A DNA stretch of 64,000 bases from Cyanophora paradoxa CCMP329 (Eukaryota > Plantae > Glaucophyta). The notes below the pieces were generated by a model, which saw only the letters and a program-made list of their open reading frames with translations, searched no databases and was not told the DNA's origin. Below, piece by piece: positions 1-11,368 of the stretch (position 1 is the first letter of the stretch; every line of letters starts with the position of its first letter). A program made the position numbers and the translations under genes. The stretch covers positions 244,163 through 308,162 of the forward strand of contig QPMI01000503.1 of NCBI GenBank assembly GCA_004431415.1, written 5' to 3'.

Positions 1-1510
1 CTCACTCCTCAGCTGCGCCCTGCGAAGGCCATCAGCGCCTGAACAACTTCGAGCGGCCCCTCTTCCTTCGAGCGCACTCGGTGCGGGCGGACTCGTCGCG
101 GGCGGCGGTCGACTCGGCCTGGAGGCGCGCGTACTTCTCGGCCTCCTCCTGGACGTACTCGAGGATGACCTGCCGCTCCACCGCCATGTCCGCGCTCGTC
201 TTCGTCGCCGCCAGCAGCTCGCTCTGCGCGTCCGCCAGCTGCGCGCCGGGCGGAGGCGTCAGCCGCCGGCCCGCGGCAGCCTGCCGCCCGCGCTGCGCTG
301 CGCGGGGGGCCCGCCTTGCGCTCGAGGTCGGAGATGTCGTCTCGCTGCCTCTCGCATGTCGCCTGCAGCTCCCCGGCGCGCGTCCTCAGCGCCTCGTTCT
401 CCCGCCTGCGCGGGCCGGCGGCCGCGAGAACCGTCACGGCCGGCGTTCCTTTCCGCTCCTTTTCCGGAGCGGCGCACCGCAGGGCCTCGATGAGCTTCCG
501 CATCTCGGCGCCCTCCGCCTCCCGCTCCTCTTTCTCCTGCCTCGCGTGGGCCAGGTCGTACAGCAGGACGCTCTGTGGGCGGGGCGGCGGCCCTCAGCGG
601 GGGCGATCCGCGGGTCGAGCGGGGCGCAGCGCACTTTGATATCCGAGTCGATGCCGAGCTCGTCGGCGTGTATGTCCAGGGCGCGCGTGAGGACCTGCAA
701 GGAACGCGGCGCAGGCGGGTCGACGTCGTGGACGCGCGGAGGGCCGCGCCGCGTCACGATGCGCGGCGCACCTTTATTTCGTTACGCATCTTCGAAATCT
801 CTTCCTCCTGCGCCAGAATAAGCGACTCCTGGCCCCGCTTCGCGTCCTGCGAACGCCTGGGAGTCAGCGGGACCGCGGCTTCCGCGAGCCGAGGGGCGGA
901 CCTGGAGCTTCTCGAGCTTCTGCGTGAGCGTAACGTTCTTCTGCAGCAGCCCGAGCCCCTTCGCGCCGGCCACGAGCTTCGTCTCCAGCCTCCGGACAAG
1001 GTCCTTGTCCTCCCGCGACTGCTCCGCTAGCTCATGCCGCTCCAGCATCAGCCGCTCGATGTTCTTTCTTGCCGCGATGAGCTCGCGCTCCGTGGCCTCC
1101 ACCAGCGCCCGCAGGCGCTTCACCTCGGACAACGCATCGGCGCACTGCAGCTAGCACGTCAGGGCCAACGGCGGCGTCGGAGAAGGAGCAGCCGCACCCG
1201 TCCGGAAGCCTGCTGATACTCGCGCTCGAGAACTGCGATCCTGGCGCGGTAGTCCGCGAGCTCTTTGCGGAAGGAGGCCTGGCTGGAGAGGAGGTGCGTC
1301 TGGATGCTCGCCGTGCCCGGCTTCGGGGGCGATACGGACACCATTGATCTCTGCGAGGGGGCATCGGGCCTTAGCTAAAGGCGCGGGGCGGCCCTCGTGC
1401 GCGGTTGGGATACGCACGGCTAGCGGCGTCGGGGAAGCTGGCCGGGAGCCAAAACGCGCTGGGCTTGCTGGCCTGGAGCTTCTCGCAGTGCCCCCGCCTA
1501 TGTCGGGCAT
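1..1510 (-). CDS. Multi-exon coiled-coil protein of unknown function (runs off the left edge)
   Basis: ATG at 1510 (MPDIGGG). Spliced exons give heptad-rich sequence: ..SFRKELADYRARIAVLEREYQQ..LSEVKRLRALVEATERELIAARKNIERLMLE..VLTRALDIHADELGIDSDIK..MAVERQVILEYVQEEAEKYARLQ. Introns are GT-AG and no stop appears before position 1 in the spliced frame. Confidence 0.75.
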
Positions 1511-1811
1511 CGTGTTCTGGGGCGAGCCGTTGATGGCGGGCAGGCGACTGTACCCCGGACGGAGGCCGCGCCAAATTCCGAGGTCCCCGCGCCGCGCCAG
1601 CCATCAGGTCCGACTCGAAGCGTTCACAGCTAACGAAAGGCGTGCTGTCCTGCTCCGGCGCCGACCTGTCGTAGAAACCAGTGCGGACTTCTGCGCAGGC
1701 GAAGCGAAGCTGCGCAGGCGAAGCAAAGCTGCGCAGCGAACCAGAGAGCGCCGTCGGCGCCGAATTGTTTTAGAACCAGACTCTAGCAGCGCGCCGCGGC
1801 AGGCGCCGGCA

Positions 1812-3085
1812 ATGGACGTTCCCGTCAGCCGCGCGGCGGCCGCGCTGGTGCTCGCAACTTTCGCGGCGCGCCGCGGCTACAAGAAGCGCAGCCTGGACCT
1901 CTCGGGCGCGGTCGGAGCGTTCATCGTCGGCCTGGTCTCCTTCGTGGCGAGCGTCCGCTTCGGAGTCGCGCTCCTCGCGTTCTTCTTCTCGGCGTCGAAG
2001 GCGACGCGCGTGGGGGCCGAGCGGAAGAAGAAGCTTGACGCCGAGTACAAGGAGGGCGGCCAGCGCAACTGGGTCCAGGTGCCTCAGCGCCGCAGCGCCC
2101 CCAGACTCGAGCGCCGCGGTCCGACTCGGCGCGCGCCGCAGGTCCTCGCGAATAGCTTCGCGGCCACTGCGGCGTCTCTGGCGTATCTTTACGTCACCGG
2201 CGGCCGCGACTCACCGCTGCTCGAGTTCGGGCCCGGCGCCAACCCCCTCCCCTCCCTCCTCGCCCTTGTCCGGCCTCCTCTGCCGCCGCCGCCGCCCGCG
2301 CCGGCGCCGCCCCGGCCCGCGCCTGAGCGGAGCGCAGGCGGTGCTGGGCCACTACGCTTGCTGCTGCGGGGACACGTACAGCTCCGAGCTCGGCATACTG
2401 AGCCGGGGAAGCCCGCGCCTCGTCACGACCTGGCGCCGTGTGCCGCCCGGCACGAACGGCGGCGTGACGGTCGCCGGCACCCTCGCCGCCGCCGGCGGCG
2501 GCCTCATCGTCGGCGTCTCCTTCTACCTCGCCGCGATCTTCTCGTGCGCCGTACCCCCCGCCAACCGGCCCCGGCCGAGCGTACCCCCAACGCGCCGCGG
2601 CAGCTGCGCCGCGGGGGCGGACTGCAGCGCGGCGGCGGCGGCGGTCCAGTGGCAGGTACCCCTCCTCGGGCTCGCCGGCGGCCTCTTGGGCTCCTTCGTG
2701 CGCTCCTTCGCGTCGTACCCCCCCCCCCCCACCGCCCCTCACGGAGTTCCCCCCAGATCGACAGCTTGCTCGGTGCGACGTTCCAGTACAGCGGCTGGGA
2801 CGAGAAGGCCGGGTACGCCCCTCCCGTACCCCCTCTCCGACGCCCGCCTCACTGCGTACCCCCGGCAGGCGCGTCGTCAACTCGCCCGCGCACGCGACGA
2901 AGCGCCTCTGCGGGTACAACATCCTGGACAACCACCAGGCCCGCCCAGCCCCCCTCACCCGGCCCCAGGCCTCGGACCTTCCCGCCCCGCCCCGCCTGAC
3001 GTACACGAACCCCCCGCAGGTCAACTTCGTGAGCTCCGTGCTCACATGCGGCCTCATCGCCCGCATCGGCGCCCACGTCCTCTAG
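1812..3085 (+). CDS. TMEM19: TMEM19 / DUF92 family membrane protein (multi-exon)
   Basis: MDVPVSRAAAALVLATFAARRGYKKRSLDLSGAVGAFIVG..YKEGGQRNWVQ|VLANS..ACCCGDTYSSELGILS..PRLVTTWRRVPPGTNGGVTVAG..GSF|IDSLLGATFQYSG..ILDNHQ|VNFVSS..GAHVL*. These are hallmark DUF92 motifs. Confidence 0.93.
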
Positions 3086-3307
3086 CTGCCTTCTGGCGAG
3101 GGCCGAGGACCCTGCTCTAGTTCTACATCTAGCCTTAGTATGCGTTGTTGCGTTGTAAAGCCATCCGTCCTGCTTCCAATGTAAACCGGGTCTGCTTCCC
3201 GGCCCTCCCGCCCAGAGATCCCTCGCGCACCAGCACCCCCCGACAGGAACGCGTAGCTAGATACGGCGATTCGACACAGAACAAGCAGGCGCCGGCGGCC
3301 CCGGCGA

Positions 3308-4287
3308 CTATCGCTTGCTCCACTGCTTGCCGCGGCGGGCCTTCTTGTGGGCAACCTTCTTCGACTCCACCATGCGGTCGTCGCGCGTCAGGTGCCCCTC
3401 TGCGCGCACGTGCGCGTGCGCGCCCCGTCAGCGGCTGCTGGGCGGCCGCTGGGGCGGGGCGGGGCGGGGCGGGGCGGGGCGGGGCGGGGCGGGGCGCACC
3501 GGGCTTCATGAGGGGCCGCAGCGACGGGTCAAAGTTCTGCAGGGCGCGCGCCACACCGAGCCGGATCGCGTCCGCCTGGCCTGCGCCCCGCGCTCGCGCT
3601 CGCGCCGGGCGCGCGGGCGGCGGGCGGGCGCGGGAGCGCACCGGCGGAGCCGCCGCCCTTGGCCGTGCACCACACGTCGAACTTGTCTATGGCGTCGACG
3701 GAGAGGAGGGGCGAGACCATGCGGTGCCGCAGGAAGAGGCGCGAGAAGTACTCCGTGTGCAGCATCCCGTTGACGAGGAAGATGCCCGTGCCGGGCTTGA
3801 TCCACACCCGCGCCACGCTCGTCTTCCGACGGCCCGTCCCGTAGGCGCGGTTGAACTCGTCGACCTGCCGTTCCCGGACGATGACCTCGACGGTCCTCTC
3901 CTTCTCGGCGGCGACGACCTCCTCTTCCTGGACCTCCTCCGCCGCCAGCATCTCTTCCACCAGCGCCCGCTTCGCAAGCTCCCGCAGCTCCTCCTCGCTC
4001 AGGTTCTCCTTCTGCCACAGCTCGCTGTCCAGGACTGTCACGCCGCCGCCCGTCCGCTCGCGCAGCTCGGCGAGGGACTCGCCCTCGTTGGCGGCGAGTG
4101 CTGCGCGAGTTGCGCGAATCGCCGTTGCTACTGCTGAAATGTAGCGCGAAACCAGGCCTCCGTGCCGCTCGGCGGGCGCGTGATGCCGGACGATGGCGGC
4201 GGCCGGGGCTGCGAGGCCGTGCGCCTGGAGCCTCGCCGCGCGTGCCCCCGCCGCCGCCAGCGGCCTGATCGCTCCCCGCAGAAGCAT
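3308..4287 (-). CDS. MRPS9: Mitochondrial ribosomal protein uS9m
   Basis: Arg/Ala-rich presequence MLLRGAIRPLAAAGARAAR, then AYGTGRRKTSVARVWIKPGTG..AKGGGSA|GQADAIRLGVARAL..LTRDDRMVESKKVAHKKARRGKQWSKR*. Confidence 0.93.
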
Positions 4288-4362
4288 TTCGCGGTTCGGG
4301 GTACACTGCCCGATACGGCAGGGTACACGTGCAGCCAGTTCAACCGGGCGCGGGAAGGCGGG

Positions 4363-7300
4363 ATGGAGGTCCCCGCGGAGAAGCTGCGAGCGCTGGACGC
4401 ACGGATGACACTGGGCGGCTCGGGCGACAGCAACGGCGGCTTCGAGGATGTCGTCGGCCTCGTTTCGGTTCTGTCGCCGGCGGGCGCGACGCCCCTGGAT
4501 GTGCAGTTCCGCGTAGAGCACAGGCCACCGGGTGATGACGATGAGGAGGACTCCAGCTCCAGCCTTGAGGAGCAGGTTCGTCTTTTCCCGCGCTGGCTTC
4601 CCGCGCTGGGCACCCGCGCGGCGCTGGCCTGTGCGCCATGCACGCGCGTTCATCCGAACCGACCGTACGCGCTTTTGCAGAACGTGGAGGCGCTGGAGAC
4701 TCCCGCGCCGGCAAACCGCGACCCCAAGGAGGTCTCGCCCGTCATTCCGAAGCAGGAGCGAGGCGGAGAGAACAGCAACGACGGAGTCACGCCCCGGAAG
4801 CGCAAGATGTTCACGCGCGACGAGGACGAGAGGATCCTGCAGGTGCGCCGTGGCGGGAGCGTTCCCGCGCTTGACCGCAGTAAGCGCTGACCCGACGCGA
4901 ACGCTCCCATCCGCAGGGCGTCACAAAGTACGGCAAGCAGAGTTGGGATGAGATAGTGCGATGGAGCGGCCTCTCGCGCACCGTCGATCAGGTGCCGCCC
5001 TTCGGCCCGAGCCAACAAGCGCGCGGTTGGGTGCGGCGGGCGCTCACGCGCGCCCCCTTCCGCAGGTGCGCAAGCGGTACAAGCGCCTGGAGAAGAAGCA
5101 GGAGAAGGAAAGGCAGGCGGGCGCCGCCGGCGGCGTTCCCGCCACCGGCGCAGTTCCCGCCAACACCTCGCCCCTCCGGCCCCTGCCCGAGGCCGCCAAC
5201 ACCCCGCCCGCCACGCACCCCACCGCCTCCGTGGGCGGCGTGAGCCCCGTCCCCGCCGTCGGGCTCGCACCCCAGCTCGACGCGGCATCCTCCGCCCCCG
5301 CCGCCCCCTCTATCCCCCCCTCGAAGCCCACCCGTACCCTGGACCACTACTTCGGCAGGGTGCGACCCGCTCTTTTTCGAGCCCCGCGGCTTCGCCTGAC
5401 GCGTCCGGCAGCCCGCGGGGGCCGCCGACGAGCGCTCGCGAACATCCGGCGCCGGATCCAGCGCGCCGCGCGCCCAGGCCTCGCGCCCCGCCCGCACCTC
5501 GGTCCGCCCCGCCCGCCGCGAACCGCCCCCGCCCCGCGCCGCTCCGCTAACGCCTCGCGCCGCCTCAGGACGCGTCGGAGCCGCCGGCGCCGCCGGCCTT
5601 TGTGGACCTGGAGGCGCGGGAGCGCGAGGGGTCGCTGGCGGCAGAGGTTGCGAGGCTGCAGCAGGAGCTGCGCGAGCGGGACGCGCGCCTCGCGCGGTTC
5701 GAGGCCGACGCGCGCTCGGCGGCTGGCCTCGCGGCGCACGTCGCGGCGCTCGAGAAGGAGCTCGCCGAGGCCCAGCGGAAGCAGGCGGAACAGGAGACGA
5801 CGGTGCGGGCGGCCATGGAGGAGGCCCTGCGCAAGGCGGCCCGGTACGAGCGGCGGGAGGCGCGGGAGTCGATGCTGCGGGAGGGGGTGCGGCTGGGGCG
5901 GCTGGCGTACCAGCGGACGGGGACGGGCGCGCAAGAGGTCTGGGAGGAGGGCAGCGCCTTCAGGGAGCTGCAGGAACGCGTGGAGAAGCTCAACGAGGAG
6001 AAGGAGTGCCTCGAGCGCGCCAAGAAGGCCCTCACCCGCAAGCGCCTGCCCCCGCCCGGCGAGGCCGCCGCACCCCCGGGGCCCGACGGCTCCGCCCCCC
6101 CCTCCGCCGAGGACCTGGCCGAGGCCGAGGAGTTCACGAAGGTACGCGTACCCCCCGCCGATCCCGTGCACCGCCCCTTTGCTGCCGCCGCTGAGGCCCG
6201 CCCCAGGTCCGGCTGCTGGCCATCCGCTCGGAGATCCAGTACCTCATCGAGGAGAAGGACCGCCTGGAGGCACGCCGGCGCCCGCCCGCCCCCGCCTCGC
6301 CCCGCCTCTCTGACCGCGCCCCGCCCCGCCCCGCAGCGAGAGAAGGCGCTTGCGGTGCGCGAGGCCCGGCGGCAGCGCGACGAGGACGCATCCCGGTCCG
6401 TACCCCCCGGCGCGTTCGTCGCGCTGTACCCCCCTGAGGCGTCGGCCGGCAGGTGGTCGAACCACCCGCTGTTGCACCAGAGGTACCTCCTCCTCAAGCT
6501 CCTCGGCCGGGGCGGCTTCTCCCAGGTGCCCCAGCACTCGATCCGAGCTCCCGCAGCCTTCTCCAACTTGCTGTCTAACCACCTGCCTTCAGGTGTTCCT
6601 CGCGTACGACCTGAAGGAGCTGCGGCACGTCGCGTGCAAGATCCACGAGCTCGCCCAGCACTGGAGCGAGGAGAAGAAGGCGCGCCGGCCTTCCCTTCCT
6701 TGCCCGCCTCCGAGTCCGCGTCGCTCGCTCACGCCCCCCGCAGCACAACTACATCAAGCACGCCACGCGCGAGTACAACATCCACCGCTCCCTCTGCCAC
6801 CCGTGCGCCTCTACCCCGGCTTCCTTCCCTCCGCCCCTCACCCGTTCTTACCGTACCCCTCCCCGCAGGCGCGTCGTGCAGCTCTTCGACGTCTTCGAGA
6901 TCGACAACAACTCCTTCTGCACGGTGCCCACCCCTCGCACCCCCTCCCCCACCACCCACCCCCCCACCCCCCTCACCGCGTACCCCCGGCAGGTGCTGGA
7001 GCACTGCGACGGGGGGGACCTGGACCTCTACCTCAAGAACCAGAAGACACTACCCGAGCGCGAGGTCCGCTTAGAGCAGCGATGCTTAGAACAGCAGAGA
7101 CGGAGACGCTGCGCCTCGCTCGCACGCTCGCTCGCGCCGCTGGCTGACGCCTGCGCCCCCGGCAGGCGCGGTGCATCATCCACCAGGTCTTCTCGGGGCT
7201 CAAGTACCTGAACAGCCAGAAGAAGAAGATCATCCACTACGACCTCAAGCCCGGCAACATCCTCTTCCACAAGTCCGCATCCTCCTTTCTTTCACATAGA

Positions 7301-8183
7301 ATACAACTAGATAGTTCCTCGCCTGACCGACCCTCCTCTCTTTCTGCCTGCAGGGGCGAGGCGAAGATCACGGACTTCGGCCTCTCGAAGATCCTGGAGG
7401 ACGGCCAGGAGTCCCTCGACCTCACCTCCCAGGTCCGAACAGAGGGTGGGGGGAGGGGGTACGCGACGTCGCTCGTGGCTGAAGCGTACCCCCTCGCCAG
7501 GGCGCCGGCACCTACTGGTACCTCCCTCCGGAGTGCTTCATGAACGGGGCGCCCCGCATCTCCTCCAAGGTGCCGCGTACCCCCCGTTCCGGTGTCGGCG
7601 GCGTGCCCCCGCCGACGCCCCGTCTCGCTCTGTGCAGGTGGACGTGTGGTCGGCGGGTGTGATCCTGTACCAGATGCTGTACGGGCGGAAGCCGTTCGGG
7701 CACGACCAGTCCCAGGAGCGCATCCTCACCGAGCAGACGATCCTCAAGGCCCAGGGCGTCGAGTTCCCCGCCAAGCCCGCCACCACGGACGCCTGCAAGG
7801 CCCGCCCCCTCTGTTGTTTCGAGCTGTACCCCCGCCCGCCCGCCCTTCCTGACGCGCGCGCGCGCCCCGCAGGACTTTATCCGGCGCTGCCTCACGCGGA
7901 GGCAGGACGAGCGCCCCGACGTCTTCCAGGTCTTCAAGTGCGTGCCCCCGGCCAGCTCGCTCGCTCCGCCCCTGTACCCCCCCTCCCGCCCCGCTGACCC
8001 TCGCCCCCCCCCCCCCCCTCCCCCCGCAGCGAGCCTTTCCTGCGCCAGACGCCGGACGCGGCCCGGGGCGGGAAGCGCGCGCGGCGGCGGCGGCGGCGAC
8101 CGGCGCGCCGGCCGCGGGCCCGGCGCCCCCCGTGCCCACCTTCTCGGGTGTGGCGGCCGCCGGGCCCACCTCCTCCCTCCTAG
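4363..8183 (+). CDS. TLK: Tousled-like Ser/Thr kinase with N-terminal Myb/SANT domain and coiled coil (~18 introns)
   Basis: [22 protein letters not shown]; [112 protein letters not shown]. The stop is at 8183, or at 8200 if there is an indel in the CG run. Confidence 0.95.
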
Positions 8184-8998
8184 GAGGGGCCCCGCTCTGA
8201 GGCCCCGCGATCGGATCCGGCGCCCCCCCTTTTTCTAGCGTAGGCCGAGCCCCTCATCAGCTCGCGCAGTCGCAATTGTGTGTTTCAAGTTCCCTTTGGT
8301 TTCCAGCAGAGCTTGAATCGGCAGCGCCCCTTTTTCCGCGCGCGATCTCTTTTTCCGCCTCGCTTCAATTTGTCAGATAACTTTTTTCGCCCCCAGTGCC
8401 AGTGCTATAGCTAGGTATCGTTGTTTCGCAAGCGTGTGCGTCCAATGGAGCCGCCACCCATTTGTGATTCTAACCCCTGAAGCCTTGAGCAGCACTACTC
8501 AGCGTTCTGCTTGAAGGGCCTGATCATGAATTCGAATTGATCATGATCATGATCATGATCATGAACATGAACATGAAATCATGAACTCAAATGAGGCGGG
8601 GGCCGGCTCGATCGCGACAGCGGACTCAGCGGAGTGGCTCTATATATATAGCTATAACTTAGTAAATAGAGGCGCCGGCGCTTGGCGTGCACCATATGGC
8701 GCAGGCATTGGGCTACTTGCGCTGGCCATGCCATGATGGCTTCGGCTCTGGATCCGCCTCCCGGAAAAGTTAGGCGATGCCAGCGCCAATCCCTTCCCCC
8801 CCCCCTCCCCCCCACCCACCCCCCCTCACTCGCCGGGCTCGCTGCAGCTAGCCGGTCTAAATTCGGGCCGGGCTCTTTGGCCGGGCTACTAGGCTAAATT
8901 CGTCATGGTGCACTGGGGTAGACAGGTATAGATAGAAAATGGGGTACCGGTAAGACTAAATTTACACTATTTGCAGGGGCAAGAATCGAAAGAACTGC

Positions 8999-10672
8999 TC
9001 AGCACCTACTGGACGCCGACTCCGCCCCCGCGGCTCCTGCGGTACCGGCGTCTGCACGGCGCGCACCTCTCGCGGCGGATTGCAAGACGCGAAGGGACGC
9101 ACGGGGAACGGTCGAGCACTCGTCCAGACCTCGTCCAGATCTCGTCCCCCTCTCCCTCTCCCTCGCGGACCTGCGGGGCCCGGCCGTCAGGTGGGGCGAC
9201 CTTCTCGCACTCGAACGAGGACAGAAGGCGTCGATGGGCACCTCGATGCGCCTGCGCGTTACGCGCTCGTTGGGGCGGGCATCCGCCCTCTCCTCGTTTC
9301 GCAACTCCTGCACCCGCCGGCGCCGCATCGCCGCCTCCAGCTGCGCTACCGCCTCCTCGCCCTCGAAAAAGGCTAGCCGGGCCTGCAGCGCCGCCGCCCG
9401 CTCCCGCTGCCCCGCTGCCGCCGCAAGGGCCCGCCGGAGCGCCGCATTCTCTGCCTCCAGCGCCGCCGCCCGCTCGGGCTGCCCTGCTGCCGCCGCAAGG
9501 GCCCGCCGGAGCGCCGCATTCTCTGCCTCCAGCGCCGCCGCCCGCTCGGGCTGCCCTGCTGCCGCCGCAAGGGCCCGCCGGAGCGCCGCATTCTCTGTTT
9601 CCAGCGCCGCCGCCTGCCCCGCTGCCGCCGCAATGGCCCGCCGGAGCGCCGCATTCTCTGCCTCCAGCGCCGCCGCCCGCTCGGGCTGCCCCGCTGCCGC
9701 CGCAAGGGCCCGCCGGAGCGCCGCATTCTCTGTTTCCAGCGCCGCCGCCCGCTCGGGCCGCCCTGCTGCCGCCGCAAGGCCCCGCCGGAGCGCCGCATTC
9801 TCTGCCTCCAGCTGTTGCAGCTGACTGGCAGCGGCTGTGTCGCGGCTGGCAGCACCGCCCTCCACCTGTCCCGTCGACATCCGCTGCGCTTCAGTAATAT
9901 AAGCGAAAAATGGCGGCGGCGCAGTATACACGAAGGCACGTGCGCATGCAGGCACCGGAGCTGCTACGGAGCTGGAGCTCGAGCCGGCAGCATGCGCAGG
10001 CCCTGCGGCTGCACCTGCCGCTGCAGCGCCGACGCCGATCTGCAAAAACAAATGATATATATCGATCATGATCCGGAGTGCGGATCCGGAAAACATGTAC
10101 ATGATGGAATCCGAAATGGAGTCCGTGCTCACAGAATTCGAACTAGTACCGGCACGAAGGGCGAGAGAGTGCAGATATTCCAGGGGTGATTGTCTCAAAT
10201 TGAGCACTCGCAGACCAGCGAGTCCCCCGATCTCCGCAGGAAGCGCCGTCAGCTTGGTGCCTCTCAATTCCAGCACTCGTAAGCCAGCGAGCTGCCCGAT
10301 GTCCGGTGGAAGGGCCGTCAGCTCGTTATAGCTGACGTCAAGCTGTTGCAGAGACGCGAGCCGCCAAATTTCCAACGGCAGCGTCGTCAGCAAGTTATTG
10401 TGAGCGATTATAATCTGCAAGTTCACAAGCCGCCCGATCTCCGGCGGCAGGCTCGTCAGACGGTTGCCCCATACAAGAAGCTCGCGGAGATTCGTCAGCT
10501 TCGCGAGCTCTTCTCCCGGAATGCTCGTGATCGAATTCATGCTGAGGTCCAAGATCCGGATGTTCGATGGACCCGCGCGCTCGATCACCGTCGTCGGCCA
10601 GACGTTCCACCCGGTTCCCTTGAGCTCGAGCTTCCCTTCCATGGCGTTCCAGCTTCTCGACGCGTACGTCAT
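8999..10672 (-). CDS. Leucine-rich repeat protein with tandem 24-aa coiled-coil repeats
   Basis: About five 23-aa LRRs (LTNLRELLVWGNRLTSLPPEIGRLVNLQIIIAHNNLLTTLPLEIWRL..), followed by ERAAALEAENAALRRALAAAAGQP repeats. The ORF probably includes short introns and the 3' end is uncertain. Confidence 0.8.
   Translation of the reverse strand: MTYASRSWNAMEGKLELKGTGWNVWPTTVIERAGPSNIRILDLSMNSITSIPGEELAKLTNLRELLVWGNRLTSLPPEIGRLVNLQIIIAHNNLLTTLPLEIWRLASLQQLDVSYNELTALPPDIGQLAGLRVLELRGTKLTALPAEIGGLAGLRVLNLRQSPLEYLHSLALRAGTSSNSVSTDSISDSIMYMFSGSALRIMIDIYHLFLQIGVGAAAAGAAAGPAHAAGSSSSSVAAPVPACARAFVYTAPPPFFAYITEAQRMSTGQVEGGAASRDTAAASQLQQLEAENAALRRGLAAAAGRPERAAALETENAALRRALAAAAGQPERAAALEAENAALRRAIAAAAGQAAALETENAALRRALAAAAGQPERAAALEAENAALRRALAAAAGQPERAAALEAENAALRRALAAAAGQRERAAALQARLAFFEGEEAVAQLEAAMRRRRVQELRNEERADARPNERVTRRRIEVPIDAFCPRSSARRSPHLTAGPRRSARERERGTRSGRGLDECSTVPRASLRVLQSAARGARRADAGTAGAAGAESASSRC
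9385..9812 (-). repeat. Coding tandem repeat, ~6 copies of 72 nt (one copy 63 nt)
   Basis: cccgccggagcgccgcattctctg recurs near 9430, 9502, 9574, 9637, 9709 and 9781. All spacings are multiples of 3. Confidence 0.9.
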
Positions 10673-11368
10673 GGCGCTGCGCGCAAATCATGCAAGAACG
10701 AGAATTGCGCATTTCATCCTCGATCGCGAGCTCACTTCGCTTCGACGCGCGGATCTGGATCTGAACTTGGTGAAAGGCCCTGATCGAATTGCGAATTCGA
10801 AGCGCGCTGCCACTCTAGATCTGCCATCGATCGGGAGTAAGCACCGAGCTCGACGGCAATACATACATGGGGAATTATCGCACCTGATCGAGTCCGCGAA
10901 ATCGCCGCCGCCGCGAAGAAATCCGCGTAAAGCGATCGATCGCGAGCCAAAGTGTACGTATACCCCCTCCAAGGTGTACCCGGTCCGAGGGCCCTCGGGG
11001 AGGATTATTGCGCGCTTCTTTAATTTGCTCCTTCAAGGCTTTTCGCAGCTTTTTCGCAGCTTTTCGCAGGCCTGCAGGATAGCTCAGCGGCTGGCCTGCG
11101 CATGCACCCGCGGCCGTCGGCCCCCGCGGCCCCATCGCCACTGGGGCCATGGCTGACTTGGCTCTCGATCTTCACCAGATCGATATCAGTCTGCCAGGTC
11201 ATCAGGGCCATCGCGAACTGCTGAAGTTGATGAAATGCGTATATTCAAGTACTCAACACTGCCAGAGAGAACAGCTGAAAACTAAGCGGACTAATGCTAG
11301 GCAGACCGGCCTCGGGGGCCGTGCATGCATACACATCTTGAAACAGAAGAGGGGACTGCCCAGCGGGC

